In this document: positions 12,262 to 26,586 of the stretch, one piece after another
Position numbering within the stretch: the stretch's first letter is position 1
How the letters are laid out: every line of letters begins with the position of its first letter
Source of the DNA: Halocafeteria seosinensis
Lineage: Eukaryota
Length of the DNA: 64,000 nucleotides
Direction of reading: 5' to 3'
Assembly: GCA_001687465.1 (NCBI GenBank)
Contig: LVLI01000055.1
Span: 1 to 64,000, forward strand
Position numbers and translations under genes: made by a program
Notes under the pieces: model-generated
What the model saw: the letters and a program-made list of their open reading frames with translations, nothing else
Told to the model about the DNA's origin: nothing
Databases searched by the model: none

Positions 12262-13119
12262 ATGAGTGATCACAATGGCTACGACACCTATTCCCGGTCC
12301 CATACACCAGAGGGCAGTTTGGGAGGAAGTCGGCCTCAAACGACTGGGATAGATGACCGCGGACTACGCGCCACTTCGTCAGCGTCGTTCTCACGTATGG
12401 ATAGTGCTGCTGGACGAGACCGAGGACGCTTAGGATCCTCGTCGACTTCCTTGGGAGGAACTCGCCGAGGGGTTAAGCCGACGCTGGATAACCTCGAAAA
12501 TATTGTCCACGAGCATTCCGAACAACTCCGAAGACATGAGGAAGAAATCTCGGGAGTATGTGGGAATTTAGAGTTTTGGGCCACACAGTGTGGTACGTTC
12601 ACGTGTTTTGCTGTGTAACCCATCGCAGAAAAGCAAGGCTTCTCAAGAATACGTCGACGGATTGGAAGAACGTCTTCGCTCGTACATAGATGTAAGTGAG
12701 CACAACAGGCAGCTAGATTATCTTCTTTCGCTCAATTGCTGCCTTACCACACTACCCCGATTATCTGCGGCACTACAGGAAGTGCGCAATGAATTGTCTC
12801 AGAAACTTTCGGTGTTGTCCAATGAAGTTGGTCAGGTAGGTTAATTCTTTTGTCTGGTACCTATTAAATTTTCTCTCTTATTCAACATATGACATTTCCC
12901 TTCAGGTGCAAAAGCAACTGAATGTCCAGAAAGGCGAGTGTAACATTATGGCTCAGCAAAACAAGGATACTAATCGGTTCGTTGGTTTTTACAAACTATT
13001 TTATACAACGTGCTGTGTTTTCAAATCCCATTGACTTCGCATGCAGGAGGGTGATGGAGCTTTCGGATCAAGTACAGGAACTGTCTGTCGAGTTGTTGGG
13101 CGAGAATCGGCCGAGCTAG
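12262..13119 (+). CDS. Hypothetical small coiled-coil protein, multi-exon
   Basis: Exons with GT-AG borders encode heptad-like segments (LDNLENIVHEHSEQLRRHEEEIS; YVDGLEERLRSYID; VRNELSQKLSVLSNEV). Confidence 0.55.
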
Positions 13120-13493
13120 GATAACTTTAAAGTGTTATCTGAACATGCTAACGATCAGTATAGTAATGTTATTTCGGATTAGTATGTTCTTCGCTGCTGT
13201 AATGTAAATAGATATGGTGTAAATGAGAAACTCTTCAAATGAAGAAATTCCTGCATTCGATCAAATTTTGATGGACGCTTGGTTACACGGATGAGTGACG
13301 CGCTGTGACTGTCCACGCGACACAGCATATATTAAATGGTACACAGTATTTGTTAGTATCAGTAGTCACGTTTTGATTCCGTTTTATGGAGCTCACTCGG
13401 TCTGCTAGAGTGTGTGGGTCATTCGAGGTATCGTTCTACTACAAATTATTTCACCGCCGAGTCAACAGAAGATATATGCACCCCTTAAGCGGA

Positions 13494-14021
13494 ATGTCCA
13501 CGCATGAAGATGTCGACGCATCCGATGCAAATTACATGTTCCAAAGGCTTCAAAACCTGCTACACGAGTTTGGTCCAGAATTGCCGAGATGGATTGAAGA
13601 AATTGCACCCGGAATGCTCGACGAGTTGAGGGACCCAAACAACAGCGGTTTGGTGCAGCAAGCCATACACGAACTTGAAACCCTCCCGGAACCGGAATAT
13701 AGTCCCATCCAACGAATAAATGTTCTAAGGGAAGACCAAGAACATTTTCAAGAGACTTCAGAACCACTCGCCGTTCGCCTTTACGTGACAGTGGTCGCAG
13801 AAAACGCCCCTAATATTGTACGAGAAGTTGAAGTAACGTTTCCAGGTGATACCACTGCAGAAGAAGCAGATGAGATACTCGGGCTAATACAAGATCAAGT
13901 CGGGGCGGAAATACTTGAAGGTAAGCGTTTCAATCCCGCATTCTCCCGCTTCTCCAACCAAAACCAAGGCTTCGCAGACGCAGCATACAACCAAGAAGTG
14001 ATTTCAACCAATACGGTATAG
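13494..14021 (+). CDS. Hypothetical acidic protein
   Basis: Open frame of about 175 aa with protein-like composition. No family recognised. Confidence 0.5.
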   Translation: MSTHEDVDASDANYMFQRLQNLLHEFGPELPRWIEEIAPGMLDELRDPNNSGLVQQAIHELETLPEPEYSPIQRINVLREDQEHFQETSEPLAVRLYVTVVAENAPNIVREVEVTFPGDTTAEEADEILGLIQDQVGAEILEGKRFNPAFSRFSNQNQGFADAAYNQEVISTNTV

Positions 14022-14030
14022 GAACCTTTT

Positions 14031-15158
14031 TTATGAAACAGAATTTGAGGGCGCAAAATGTGCTCCGATGCCTGTCCGATCTGCTGCCTCTTGTGATGCA
14101 AGAACGTGCCGAGCAACCACCAGTTTCCATGACAACACTAACATAACGAACGATAGAACACTTTGCAATATCATCATCAACGCACAAGAGTTTGTTCCGT
14201 ACCCAAGGGACTGTATTTTAGCCAGAACAGCATATCCAAATCCCAAGAAATATATTAAGAGACGACTGGCGTGGGTACTTACCAGAAAGGAAAATGCTAA
14301 ATGAGAAACTACCACTAGTCCCCATCGAAGGTACGACTTCCATCCCACCTTACGGTACGCGTCAAATGCCCAAATCATCATGCCCATATGGAGAACGTTC
14401 ACCAGCAGAGCATTCCCAGCTGCACCAAGCCGACAATAGAATAGAAACGACTTCTTCAAACAAGAAATATCATTGAACTCTTTTGCTTACCTGAAATATT
14501 GAAAACTGATAAATCATCGCAGCTAGACACCCGCACCGACTCCACACCTCCACCTTGAGAAATAATTGCTCCATACATTACTAAAGAGTGTGTTAATCCA
14601 AACCCTAGCCCCGATGCGATAGCCGAGGAGGCATCACTGAGCTGCGCAACTGATCCTTTGGGAAGGAGAGCTGGAAGGCGAAGCTCTACTCTGAGCCGAA
14701 GACAAAAATTTCGAGTCTACACTAAAAATCGCTCGAAGAACTTAAAACACCCCCACATACTTCATGTAAGCCTTAACAAACATATACCGAAAGAGCGCTT
14801 GACAGAGTATCGCTGCCACAATATGAAACTCGTGCACCTCCTGTATAACAAGTTTGAAGTGGAAATTCTTCGATACACGCCAAGATAAGCTGTTGGTCAG
14901 ATACGCACCTTGAGTGGAGGAATAGCTACCCAGATGATCGCCGCTAATAGCGCTGCCAGGAGCCAGAAGAACCCGCTGCAACCGGAATAGACAAGCAAGG
15001 ACATTGATCCAACACCTAAAACCTCGAATGACCGGAAAAAATTACCTGGTTATAGTGATAATGAAGAGTATAGAGCGAGGAGCGACGAACTGCAGCAGCA
15101 CCACAGCACTCGGACCGTAGGCAATCAATAGATTGCCGAGCAATCTCATCGCCCCCAT
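14031..15158 (-). CDS. APH1: Gamma-secretase subunit APH-1 family membrane protein, multi-exon
   Basis: MGAMRLLGNLLIAYGPSAVVLL.., ILCQALFRY, AIASGLGFGLTHSL (GxxxG), VNVLHMGMMIWAFDAY and VVSHLAFS (conserved intramembrane His residues). Confidence 0.8.
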
Positions 15159-15502
15159 TTCGAATACACCTTTCCCGGACACTGTACAGACTGAAACACC
15201 CCTCAAATGTCAATACTATTGTATACTCGATGAATACAACAAACTTCAACTTGGGACCAACCGTCGCGACTTTGGCTCGGAATACGGAAGTCTGGTGAAG
15301 CACCACTTTTCGGCTCCATTTTGTAGATGAACCCTGAAGGTGCGTGTACGTTTGAATTTAACTCGGAACAGGAGGTGATTACGGCAAAAGCCATCAGAGT
15401 TCGTGTATTCAAGGTTACTGGTACGCGATACGAACCTGGAATGGGGACAGGCTGGTGGCCACCACTCATACTGCAGTGATGCTATATCTCTTCGATTATT
15501 TA

Positions 15503-17629
15503 CTACGAAGTAGTCGGCGTCTTTTCGCCTTCCATATCGGGCTCTAGGAGACTACTGATATTGAGCTGCACAGCATCGTTCATACTCTTGCTGCCATTCC
15601 ATCCAGCTAACGCTACTAGGTCTCCTCCGATGGCTGTGAAAGAATGTCCATATCGTTTGCCTGTAATCACTATTTTTTTGCACTTGGTGAAGAAAGCAAG
15701 CAAGCAGGCAATTTTAGGGAAATACATACCGACCGGCTGGCCTGCTATTAGTGGCTGAGACCACATCATGTTGCCATCAGTTCCAGGAACGTCGAGTCTT
15801 GTGTCAAGGATCCATACATCGGGATGACGGCCGATGGGGACCTGAAAGTACATGCGTTTTGTATCAGAAGTCACAGCGGATTTCGCGCAGCGACAGTACA
15901 AAAGAACCTACCTCCTCTCCGCTATCGGCTACGGCTATACCAACAGGAGGGGGTAATTCGTCTGGGTGCAACGTATCGGGCACCTTTTGAATATCTGCAA
16001 GGGTAGCGGAGTGCGTCCAGTAAGCATTGCGTTGCCTTGAAAAGACGAAGCCGAACCGCTTACCTCTCTTGGAAGACATTTCGGAGGTAATTGATCGCTG
16101 TGCTGCCTTTGCTGCGGCAGGAGGTGCCTTAGATCTGGTGCCGTTATATCCTCCAAAAATTACCTGTGGTCAACAACAGGAGTTCCAAACCGAAAGAAAG
16201 AAAGAGGTTCATTGCGCTATAAAACTCACCATATAATGATCGACGAGTACGCATCCGTGGTCAAACCGACCGCTAGGGTATTCACCGGTCACTTTGGGTC
16301 TGTGACAGCAGCCAACAAGGTTTGACAAACATACAGAGAGAAGCACACAGAGGACCTCCTACACACCTCGTCCATGCCATCTGATGCATATCTAATTGAC
16401 GCAAGTCACCAAGATACTCTGGCCATCCGCCTTGGGTCATTGCCCAGCTGCAAAGTAGAATTGGACTTAATGGTACTCCCTTTTCTATGAAAATGCAACC
16501 GCATTCAGCTTACCCTCCAAACACGAGTATTCTCCCATCCTCTGTCATTGCCATGGAATGGCCATGGCGTGCAGTCGGTTTTGGTCCACCGATCTTAGGT
16601 CTCATCCAACTTCGGGCAGCTGCAACTCACTCCTTGTGTTGATAAAATCCCAACCAGAATAGCATAAGCAATACCTACAGACGCTATAAACCCAAAAATC
16701 ATTGTAACAAGTCTTGCCATCCCATCCACCAAAGATCGCTATCTTCGCTCCTACCGCACAAGCATCATGATTAAAGCTGCAATCACAAGTAGTGAATCCA
16801 CAACAACACCGTTTCTCCAATCATGGCGCACACATACCGTTCAACGGGGGGAGCAGAAGCACTGGGCAATAAACTCCAAGCCCAATTTTCAACATCGAGG
16901 CACCAAAGATCATTATATAGCATTTTATTAGGCCCCTTTCCCCCGAAAATATATATCTGTATAGGTGTCGAAAACCGGCTATTCAGGCAAATGAGTCTTA
17001 CTGTTGAATGCCAGGAAGTTATCGCACCTTGTAATCAATCACCGTTGCCGAGTGTCCATATCGGGGCCCTGGACCTCGCCCAGCACACTTGGGGTTGTGC
17101 CATGTCATCGTATCAATATCAATAGCCCAAACATCCTGCGCGAGACCGCACATTTTATAGACTGCATGCAACAGAGATCTTGACGGTGGCGTCGCTCACG
17201 TTCAAGTACTGGAATTTGCCTCCATCTCCGAAGTAGTGTCCTCCAAACAGCACCAGCAAGTTACCCACTAAGGATGCAGTATGACCACCTCGTGCCGGTG
17301 GTGCCTTTCCTGTATAGTGCTCATTAAATGGCGGTATAATGCACATCTTCACAAAAGACACGTTCTACCTTCGTACCTGAAAAGGTCGGATGGCTCCAGG
17401 ACAAGATAGGCGTATCACTGAGATCCACTTCCTGTTGGCTGGAGCCCTGTACACCTGTCTGAGGGGCTCCAGCTTCCGCGGCGGCATCTTGTTGGGACAC
17501 ATGACTGTATTCGTGTGCGATTTGTGAATGGGATTCATACACCGAAGAGCTGCTATACGCCATAACATCCCCTTCTTCATGGTAACTTTCAGCGGCCATT
17601 TCGGCCGGATATTGCCCACTGGAATCCAT
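15503..17629 (-). CDS. Kelch-repeat (beta-propeller) protein, multi-exon
   Basis: Repeated PPARGGHTASLVGNLLVLFGG, KIAIFGGWDGKTCYNDFWVY and KRYGHSFTAIGG motifs. The 3' end is approximate. Confidence 0.85.
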
Positions 17630-18145
17630 CTTGAAAACTACTGGAGGGGCTTTAATCGAGGCAATATCGGCCTCGAAACAGCGTGATTCCTGGATTAACG
17701 CTTCTAACCGTCGCGCGAGGAGTCAAGTTGCTGCCGGGAAAATCCAATTTTCAGTCCAATAGCTCTGCCGAAATTTTTATGACCCTTGTACAATATCAAC
17801 TAAAAAAAAATACGCTCCTACAATGCGTAGCTCTCTCGCATCGCCCACAATGCTCGCTTTCGCACACAAGGTGGAAGCCGCACCATGGTGCGGCTAAGGT
17901 CCGGGCTCTACCCGACTTCACCGGGACCTTGCCCACCCCATATCCGCGCCTTCAACAGGAAACTGGGGAAGGGAATGTCCATTCAAAGCCCATTTTAGCC
18001 CCATTGGCGTCCTAGAGAAGGATTGTCTTTGGTCCTACCGGATTCTCTGTGTTTTTTTCTATACCATGAACACCAAGACATACGAGAAACGGCGCTGAGA
18101 AAGCCAAACTAAGCCTGAAAACTTTACCAGAGGAGGAGAGGGAAA

Positions 18146-21135
18146 ATGCCTATTCTGCGCAGTTTATTTGGCCAGAAAGGCTCTTCAGACAGCTCTTACA
18201 GCAGTTCCAGTGCGACCCAAGGCTCCTCATCGCACTCTCTACCCCCTACCACATCTACGGGGTACATCTCTGACGGAAACAAAGCGTCAGGAGACAATTT
18301 TGCGGCCTCGTCTTCCTCGTTACCTCCGAACCGGGAGGCCCCAACGGAGCGAATTAACTCTCATAGCGCTCAACATGACGATTATGACGCTCTCTATCAC
18401 GTTCCAGAGTCTTCTACGACCTCTACGGCAGCTACAGAGAGAAATGTTGGAGCGAGGAATGCGCTCATGAATCCGGGAGAATGGGCCAAATCCCTTGGAA
18501 AGTGGTTCTCGAGGGCGTCAGACGCGCTTCCGTCCCGACAACGTGTAGCACAATCTGCTCGACAGACATGGGAAGCAACTCAGACGGCATGGAATGAATT
18601 ATCACAGGAGCAAAAAATCCGCATGATTGCGCTAGCGTTTGCAAGTGCAGCCGTCGTGGTATGTCTGCCGCATATCCACGGTTACCACAAGCTTCGCCAT
18701 TTCAAAAACTCTCTTGTGTGTATATACAGGTCTTAGTGGCTCGAGGTGGTCCGCGTCTTCTTTCCCAGAAGAAGAAAGGACTTTACAAGCGTCACAGAAA
18801 AACGAAATACAAAAAGACAGCAGAAAATGACGCTGATAAGAGTGATGCGTGCGAACGAGGGCATGAAATCATTCGAGAGGCAAAGAGCCCTGCCCGCGAA
18901 ACAAATGGGGGTAGTGGTCCATCGAGAACCCGAGGGTCTGCCTTATATAATGTGTTCTTTAATCGCGATCGACAGTCTATGGATCAAGCTAGTGGAGATT
19001 CGCTGCATAACGTTGAGGACTCTGAATCGGCTGTCAGTGTGAAGACCGAAGAGCCAAATGGCAGCCAAAATGGAGTACACGAAACAGACACTCCTCCTCG
19101 TCCTCTTGAGAACCCACCCATCGTTCAGCGGAAACATCATCATCGGCATAATCATATGGATCATCCTGTCGGCACCAAGATTGAACGAGATTCCGATTTT
19201 CTTGCGTCTAAAGTCGCTTCCGCGTATACCGGTGCCTTCGTCCTCCCCTTCCATCTACGAAGAGGGACGAAACCCTCAACTGAGTCTGAAACCAACGATC
19301 GCCAAAACCGAACAAAGGCGACAGTCAATCCCGATGCTACCCCAAAGTCGCATAAGAGGCACACTACAACGGCCTCTGCTGGTCCTTCGGAAGTGAGATC
19401 AGTTGAAGCGGAGAAGGCAGTGCCGAACTACCGTATTGACACCAGCAAGGTTGTTGCCCGTCCAGAGCCGACTACCCACGCTTCACTGGCTAACTCCGTA
19501 GTCAAGAATCCGAGGGGTTGGCTTGATGTTCCGGAGTATAACCCGAAGCAGTATTTGACCCCGAGTAACATGCCTGTTTCCTTCGGAAGCATGTCTCAGA
19601 CGAGCAAGGTATCTGATGGATACAGAAGTTTGGACGATGCAAGGGGAGGCAACCCGGCGATAAGGCCGGGAGAGCCATCAGATTCAGCGTCTGTGCTGGA
19701 ACGCGCTAGTGTTTCCCCATTGGCAGAAAAGTCCCATAGACGAATGCTGACCCAGGAAAACCGGCCGTTTGCTCCAAAAGCCACGAGCCATTCTGCAGAC
19801 AGCTATTCTCATCGGTACAGGTCTACAACGGCACAATACTCCAGGACATACGAAACGTACGCATTTACGGGTTCTATCTCCAGTCGTATAGGCAATGGGC
19901 CTGCCGTTGTCCATGCTCCTAGCGCTTATGGCACTGCCTATACCAAAGACCCTCACAGAAGCTATGTTGAACGCTCTGCCGGGTTTTACCAAACTAGTCG
20001 TTACGAGAATGGTTGGAAGTCCAACCGGTGGTCGGCCCCAAGGCATAATTCAGGTGCACTTTCACGGAGTCAACTTGAAGATAATCCACCAAGAGTTGGT
20101 ACGGGCGAAAAGGCGCTTTCAACCTCTGCCATTCATCGCACACCTGTTGCAAACCGACGGACGCATGTTTTTACTGACGATGAGGTTGACCAACACCAAC
20201 ACAGGTTCATGGGATCCTTGTCTCCTGGACGGGCCCCTGCCACCCGTCGCAATTCCCACGACGTACGACGCTCGTTAATGGAAGACGATTTTGAAACAGA
20301 ACCGGGATCAGACAGCCGATCTGAAATAGGACAGCACGATGGTGTGGTACTTCCTCGCCACGGAAAGGGTAAACGAGGTGTCGCCGGCAACCGCATCCGG
20401 GGCGGTGTTGACACGGGGGTGAGCTTTGGATTGGGACCGGGAAGAAGACAGCAGCAACAAAATGTTAGCGAACCTAACCGGAAACGACAACAGCAGACTA
20501 CCAGAGCTGTCCGGAGAATTACTGAAGTGCCTCCTGGTGTTGATGAAAGTGAATCTCTAGCAAATTCTCAAAGGCAATCGCCTTCCCCGAAGCCCCCGGC
20601 TTTACCTCCCCGACATGGTCCTGAAGCAGAGGAGGCTGCTAGAGTGCGACGAGAACGTGCTGATGCTCAGATAACGGAGCGGTATGTTAATGACAATGAC
20701 AATGCTGTAGAGAACACCGGACACGAAGGACCGTATTCGGGGAATGGTGATCATTTAAGCAACGGTGTAAATTATACAAGTGAGCGAACGGATCAAAACG
20801 GGGAGGCTCCGCCAATGAGAGAGGCAAATGTTGACGACTATTCGTCTAAGGGAAACACGTTTATAACCGACAGGGAAAATAACTTCTCGGACTTCTCTTT
20901 TGCCAACGGAACTGCTGAGTCCGCACAATACCTGAAACGTGGAACCACTGGTCACTTCAAACAGGAAGATGGATCAGTGGAGTCGGCAGCATCCCAAAGC
21001 CCATCTCCTTTTCACAACTCCAATAATAGTAATGGCCCCGAAAACGGAAATGTAAGCAGAGGATCTCCTGATTCTCCCACCGATTTGGACCATATCACTC
21101 GGACACTAGGGCACCGACTCCGGAAGAGCGAGTAA
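18146..21135 (+). CDS. Large low-complexity hypothetical protein with one hydrophobic segment
   Basis: The 196-aa and 824-aa ORFs can be joined by a GT-AG intron at ~18659-18729. S/R/N-rich and probably disordered. Confidence 0.65.
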
Positions 21136-21166
21136 AACGTGGTTTGTTGCTTAGACACCGGCCATG

Positions 21167-22213
21167 TCAACCCTTTGTATTGTATGCTGGATTGTCCTGA
21201 TTCATGGGATTCTCGGGGCTCTTTTTCCACTGCAAGAAACGATGACACCACAACACACAAATCAACAGTGCGCGACTTTATACGCGACAATGCGTTTGGT
21301 CTCTCACCATTTTGAACAGTTTATTCTTCCGCTGCTGATGGCGAAGCTGGGGGAACTCTTCCTTCAACTTTGGCATTTCTCTCTCTTCGAAGGCACGGTA
21401 CGCCTGCATCGCAATATGCGTAATGACGACTACATCAAAGAGATAACTTCATAAGGAACCTACAGCTTTGGCACGCCGCTCAGGATGGCGATCTACGCCA
21501 GCAGCTGGTGCACCTGCTCCTCCTGCAGCTCCACTGTCGCTCGTAGTTAGTGATTCCAAGGCAGCGTCCAATCCAGAAGCTGCGGGTCGGAGAATATAGA
21601 ATGCACCTTGCAGATTCCAGAACATTGCTTTCTTTTATACAGTTACTTACCCCAAACGTCCTCCGCCGCTGATTCTTTTATCTTTATCTCGTCCCCTCTC
21701 TCTTCCACGGCTTTCTCTCTGCGCTCAGCCACCTTGTCTGTGCCTCGTGCCGCCGGTGCCACTGCGTACCAAACCATCATGGTTAAAGAGGCAGACCACT
21801 TTAGAGTTGTATCGGACGTACCTGCTGCTGCGGATGCACTTGCGGGAGAGACTGATGGTCCGGAAGGACCAGATGATTTCCCTTTGGCTTTCTTAAGGCG
21901 GGCCAGTTCCTTCTCATCCTCTTCTTTCTGCTGAGCTTTCAGCGCTTCCCATCTTTCTTTCTCCTCCTGTTTACGCCGTTCCTCTTCGGCTTTCTTCTGC
22001 GCACGCTTATTAGCGCCTTTCTGCCATTCAGCTTCCCGCTGACGTTCTAACTCGCGTTCACGCTCTAGTTCCTTCTCCTTCTGCAGAGTTCTCACTAAGC
22101 ATTCCACTCTCACTGTCAATGGCCTTTGGTACACTTACGCGAGCTTTCTCTTTCTGTTCCTTAGCTTTTAACCCTCGAGTATCTTCTCCCCAGTTTTTCT
22201 TCTTTTTGGGCAT
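21167..22213 (-). CDS. CCDC124: CCDC124/Lso2-family ribosome-binding coiled-coil protein, multi-exon
   Basis: MPKKKKNWGEDTRGLKAKEQKEKAR.., ASGLDAALESL, VDRHPERRAKA, and C-terminal WKKSPENPMNQ. Confidence 0.8.
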
Positions 22214-23280
22214 TGTGGATAATTCCAGAATGACTCATTCATGCACGATAACTGGAGCATTCACTACCACCATACAGTGTGGAATCGGATCATAAGGAAA
22301 TCCTTGCGTCCAAAATTGCTCTAGGGGAAAATCTTTACCGGAACAGAAAGTCCCGCGGAAGTTGTATAGAATTCTTTCCCTTACACGATTCCTTCAAAAG
22401 CGATTGGGAACTAACATTTCGGAAGCGGCTTTCCTGGAAGCCAAATGTTTGTTTGAACTCCCTGGACAACAAACATTTCGCAGGCTTGAGAAGAAGATGC
22501 AGTACGGGGACCGTATACACGAGACTGCAGAGCTACAAAGAGCTTCTCGCTATTCACGAGAACGCCATTGGCTGAGGCTCTTGGATTCCTTCCTCAGCAT
22601 CACACTTTGAGGAACTGTGACACTGTGAGGGACGATTGACTGTTCCTCTTTGAAGGGTGACTCATTGACTCCGGAGTTATTGGCGCAGTGAGGAAGTCAC
22701 TGTTCCAGTTTTTTCTCAGGTATACTAAACGAACATCTTACTAGGAAACCCATGCTAATATAAATTGACTTGCGAATCGTGATAAGCGTGGCTCAGAGGT
22801 TTCATCAACGTGAGTCACACTTTAGCGGTTTCTGGGTCACACAGGTTCCGTTTAACAAATAGCACTTTTCCGTGTCCTTTTCCACCATTCCTCACGTTTT
22901 CTACTGCCACTATAGTACATGCTATTTTGGATCCGACCGGTTCCGTAAAGCGCAGAGGCTCAATTCCTGTGGGCACGCGGGGATCTATCCTAACAACTCC
23001 CGAAATGGTGACTGGGCGGGGATCCGGGCGGAGAAGAAAGAAACTGTGCCTTTTATCGAAGTTTATAAGAAGTTTGATGGATTGTTGACAGCCAGGCTGC
23101 CAGCTCCATGAAAGTTCGGTCGTGCATGCATGCTTCCCATCTTGTCATTCTTCCTGTGGAAGGAGCAATTTGGGAGTGAAGAGAAAGAGGTGATGCATGC
23201 ATCTTTTCCTCTCATCCTTGTACGACACTACAAAGAAGGACATTTTCATCCATCCGCTTTTCTTAAAGTCTCCCACAAGG

Positions 23281-26149
23281 ATGGACACAAGGAGTGAATC
23301 GAAGCTGCTGGGCACGAGTAAGCCCCAGGATAGCACCTCAGAAACCAGTGTAGGCCACAGTTTGGAAACCAAGAAAGCTTGGATAAACCCGGATTATGAA
23401 CCATATTGGTCTCCTCCATGGATGCCGACCGATTTAGAGGATGTGCAAAGGACGAATTCCTCCCTCTCCGGAGGAAGTGCCATTGATGTGCGCTCGTACA
23501 CGACACGATCTGGCTCGAAAAGCTCCATCGACACGGCCCAGCTCCAACATGACGACGTTCGTCAGCTTCCACCGCCGCCATTGCTCAACGAAGGGGTTGA
23601 GGTAGCTCTCTTTCGTCCACACACGAGGAGCACCCTCCAGCATACCCGCGTCGCGCGTGGTGAGAAGCAACGTGGGTGTACAGCTACCCGTAGTCCGAGG
23701 AGCTTCCAACATGGAGGGGTTGAACTTGGACGCGAGTTTCAGGATATTGAGCTTGCACTGCCTACAGAAGGTGAAAGCGATGTTGATCCGCCTCCTGGAA
23801 TGCAATACAAATGGGAGACATTTAACACCGAAGGTTTCTTGAAATCACGAGAGGATTGTAGCAATGCTCACTCGACACTGACAGCCATAACGGGCTTGCT
23901 TGGAAGCAGCGTGACCCGATTGAGCAAATATCACTCTGATGGAAAATTTGAGGCAAGAAGATATTATTGGAGGACTGCTGCAGATAGGAAAGGACTCCTT
24001 TCGACGACGACGTGGGCGTTTCTCTTAGTGGTCGTAATTCCGACAGCTATTAACTTCCTTCTTGCGTGCTTGCCACTGTACGAGTTACGAAGACCAGTGG
24101 GGACAGAAGGATTTGTTCCCTTGGCCGAGAATTGGGGCTGGCTGGTACATGTATGTAGCAACTTTACTTATTTTTGCTCTTGGAAGTTTTTACTGGGTTC
24201 TCCAATGGTCGGTTCTTGTTTTGCAGAATTACGTTGAGCTCCTGTTCGTCGATCTCGTCTTCATGTGTACTCAAACGCTCTATCTTTCGTCTACGGACCA
24301 CTTGTACTTCTCTATGTGGCCGACACTTCTGAAAGTCATTCTTGCCTCAATCATTCAAGATTTTATTCCCCGTTTCTTTCATGCATTCCCTGTGCGCTTC
24401 TTGGCCGGACTCACTCATCTTGTCCTAGGGGTAACAGTGGCCGTTTACCATTCCTGGAGCTTCGTAACACATGAATTACCTAAGTTTGAGAGGGGCAGAC
24501 ACACTCCTACTATCGTCGAGTCGTTCTTTTCCTTCGGGTTGAGTACTGTGGAGAAAAAGAGAGTTTGGGACAAGAAAATGTCTTCCTTACTAAAACAGCA
24601 AAAAAATTCAAGACAGCGTTCACAACCTCCAGAAGAAAGGCGCCAACTCAATCACCAGCAACCAAGAGCGTTTACTGAAGAAGATAAGGACAACATTACT
24701 GCCGGTTTGTTTCTGCCAGATTATGTGGTGTTTCGAAGGAGAAGATTGCTTGTACTGGTTAGCAGCATAGGCTTATTTGGAGCGTCATACCTTGTGTGTG
24801 CTTCTTTGGTCCCTTTATTGCGAATCCTGCAAGACTATGAAACCGGGCAATGTCTGTTACTAGTTTGGTTTCATCTTATGCAATTATTATTTCGAGAAGT
24901 CTTCAATCCTAAACTCATCGAAATAGCACGCTATGGTGGTTCATTTTGGGATGGACAATATTGGGCCAATTTGAGGACACTGGAACAGCAGAATGATCCG
25001 CACGTTCGGTCATCAGGCATTCGGTGCTTGGAGTACTACTACTGTGTCTTGCATGGTATCTATTTAGCTTATGCTGTCCCTGAAATTTCTTCTTTCGCGG
25101 TTTTGGCTGTCCTACTACTTTGTCAGATTGGGTTGCTCCTGGGCCCCGTGTTTACGTGGCTTCTGTTTCTTCCTCAGGGGCTAGGGTCTACATCTGGGAC
25201 TTCTCCACGGACTGTAGTACCGGAGAATTCATTCGAGGAACTCTTCTCTGATTCACCCAATTCACTTAATGTTTCTCACAAAAAGGCGTGCTTTGGTTTT
25301 GTATACAGCGGAAGGTGGATTGATGAAACTACGAACGCTCTTCAAGCTCTCCCCGATCCGATACTGTGCACTTATAGTCGATGGTCCTCTGACTTTGACC
25401 TAAGGAATGGAAGACGGGCAACGATTGCCAAGGCGTTCGGACGACAAGACACTGAAGAAAGTATCAAGCAAGGCAAATTTACACCATTGTGTGCCTCTAA
25501 GATTCATAACCCCCAGTGGCAGTTCTGCCGGCAGTGGACGCGACAATGGTTGGTCCCCTTCAGGGAGATCATCTCAGATTCTGGTTACCCGCATCAACAG
25601 CGCGCTGCACGAGAAAGCGTTGCGGAGCCGTATGCCACAACCGAGAACTCTCCACCCTTAGAACGCCCTAAATTGTGGCCACGCCCACGAAGACAAGAAA
25701 ATACGCTGGATAAGCCATTAACCTTGGTTTCGGCTATGATGAGCACCACACAAACACTATTCCTGATGTTTATGGGTAGTCTCTTCACTGGGATAAACTT
25801 TTTGATCATATTCCCGTTTTTTGTGTTTGGCAGCAACAGTCACTCCTTCCCTTTCGAGAGTGTATGCCACACCCAATTTTCTGTGGCAATGGTGTTTACT
25901 GCGGTGAGTGTTGCTACTACTTTACTTTCGCTGGCCGTTGCGGAGTGGGCCATACGACAAAGAACCGGATTGAGCATCTATTCTTTAGGAGTATCGCTTT
26001 TTTCTCATGGGCACTCCAGAATGTCGCTAATATTTCTCAGTCTCTTGGTATTTTCATCCGTCTGGAGATTTATGGTTGATCATAGCCGCTTGCTTCTATC
26101 TGTTGAAGAAGACTACGGTCTGTACATATCTGAAGAGCTATGCGTCTAG
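23281..26149 (+). CDS. Hypothetical multi-pass membrane protein
   Basis: Two long ORFs joined by intron ~24151-24227, with roughly 10 or more hydrophobic segments. Confidence 0.65.
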
Positions 26150-26586
26150 AAGGGATCCAATTCTTTGACGCACATTGCAAAGACCTGTGGCCATTAGTGT
26201 ATACAGAAACTACATCTGGTATCGGAATACTATGCCAGAACTACTGATAGTTCGAAGGGACTGAACAACGCAACTCCGAGCTTGGAGCGTCCCTATCGTC
26301 CCAACTCCCAACGCTTCGGGTTTTCAACCTCATTGTCGTTGATATGTTTTCATGTAGGCTTGTCAGAAATGTACAGAGCCCAATTTAACTACTATATCCA
26401 AACAGCATTCGCAAGATCTAGTTGGTCCCTATAGTCACAGTCGTGATTAATAAGCCAGTTGTTTCCCTTGAGCGACGTTTCTTCAATGAGTTGTAGCATG
26501 CAGTGTTGAATCGTTTCGATGCTTGTTATGTAAGACCTGACATTGCAACCTCACTCGAAAGTGTTCTGTGGTTTTAAAGATACAAA

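Noticed and set aside
24062..24237. Apparent frameshifts between overlapping long ORFs (also at 18661-18736 and 38384-38391)
   Set aside because: Each is bridged by a short canonical GT-AG intron.
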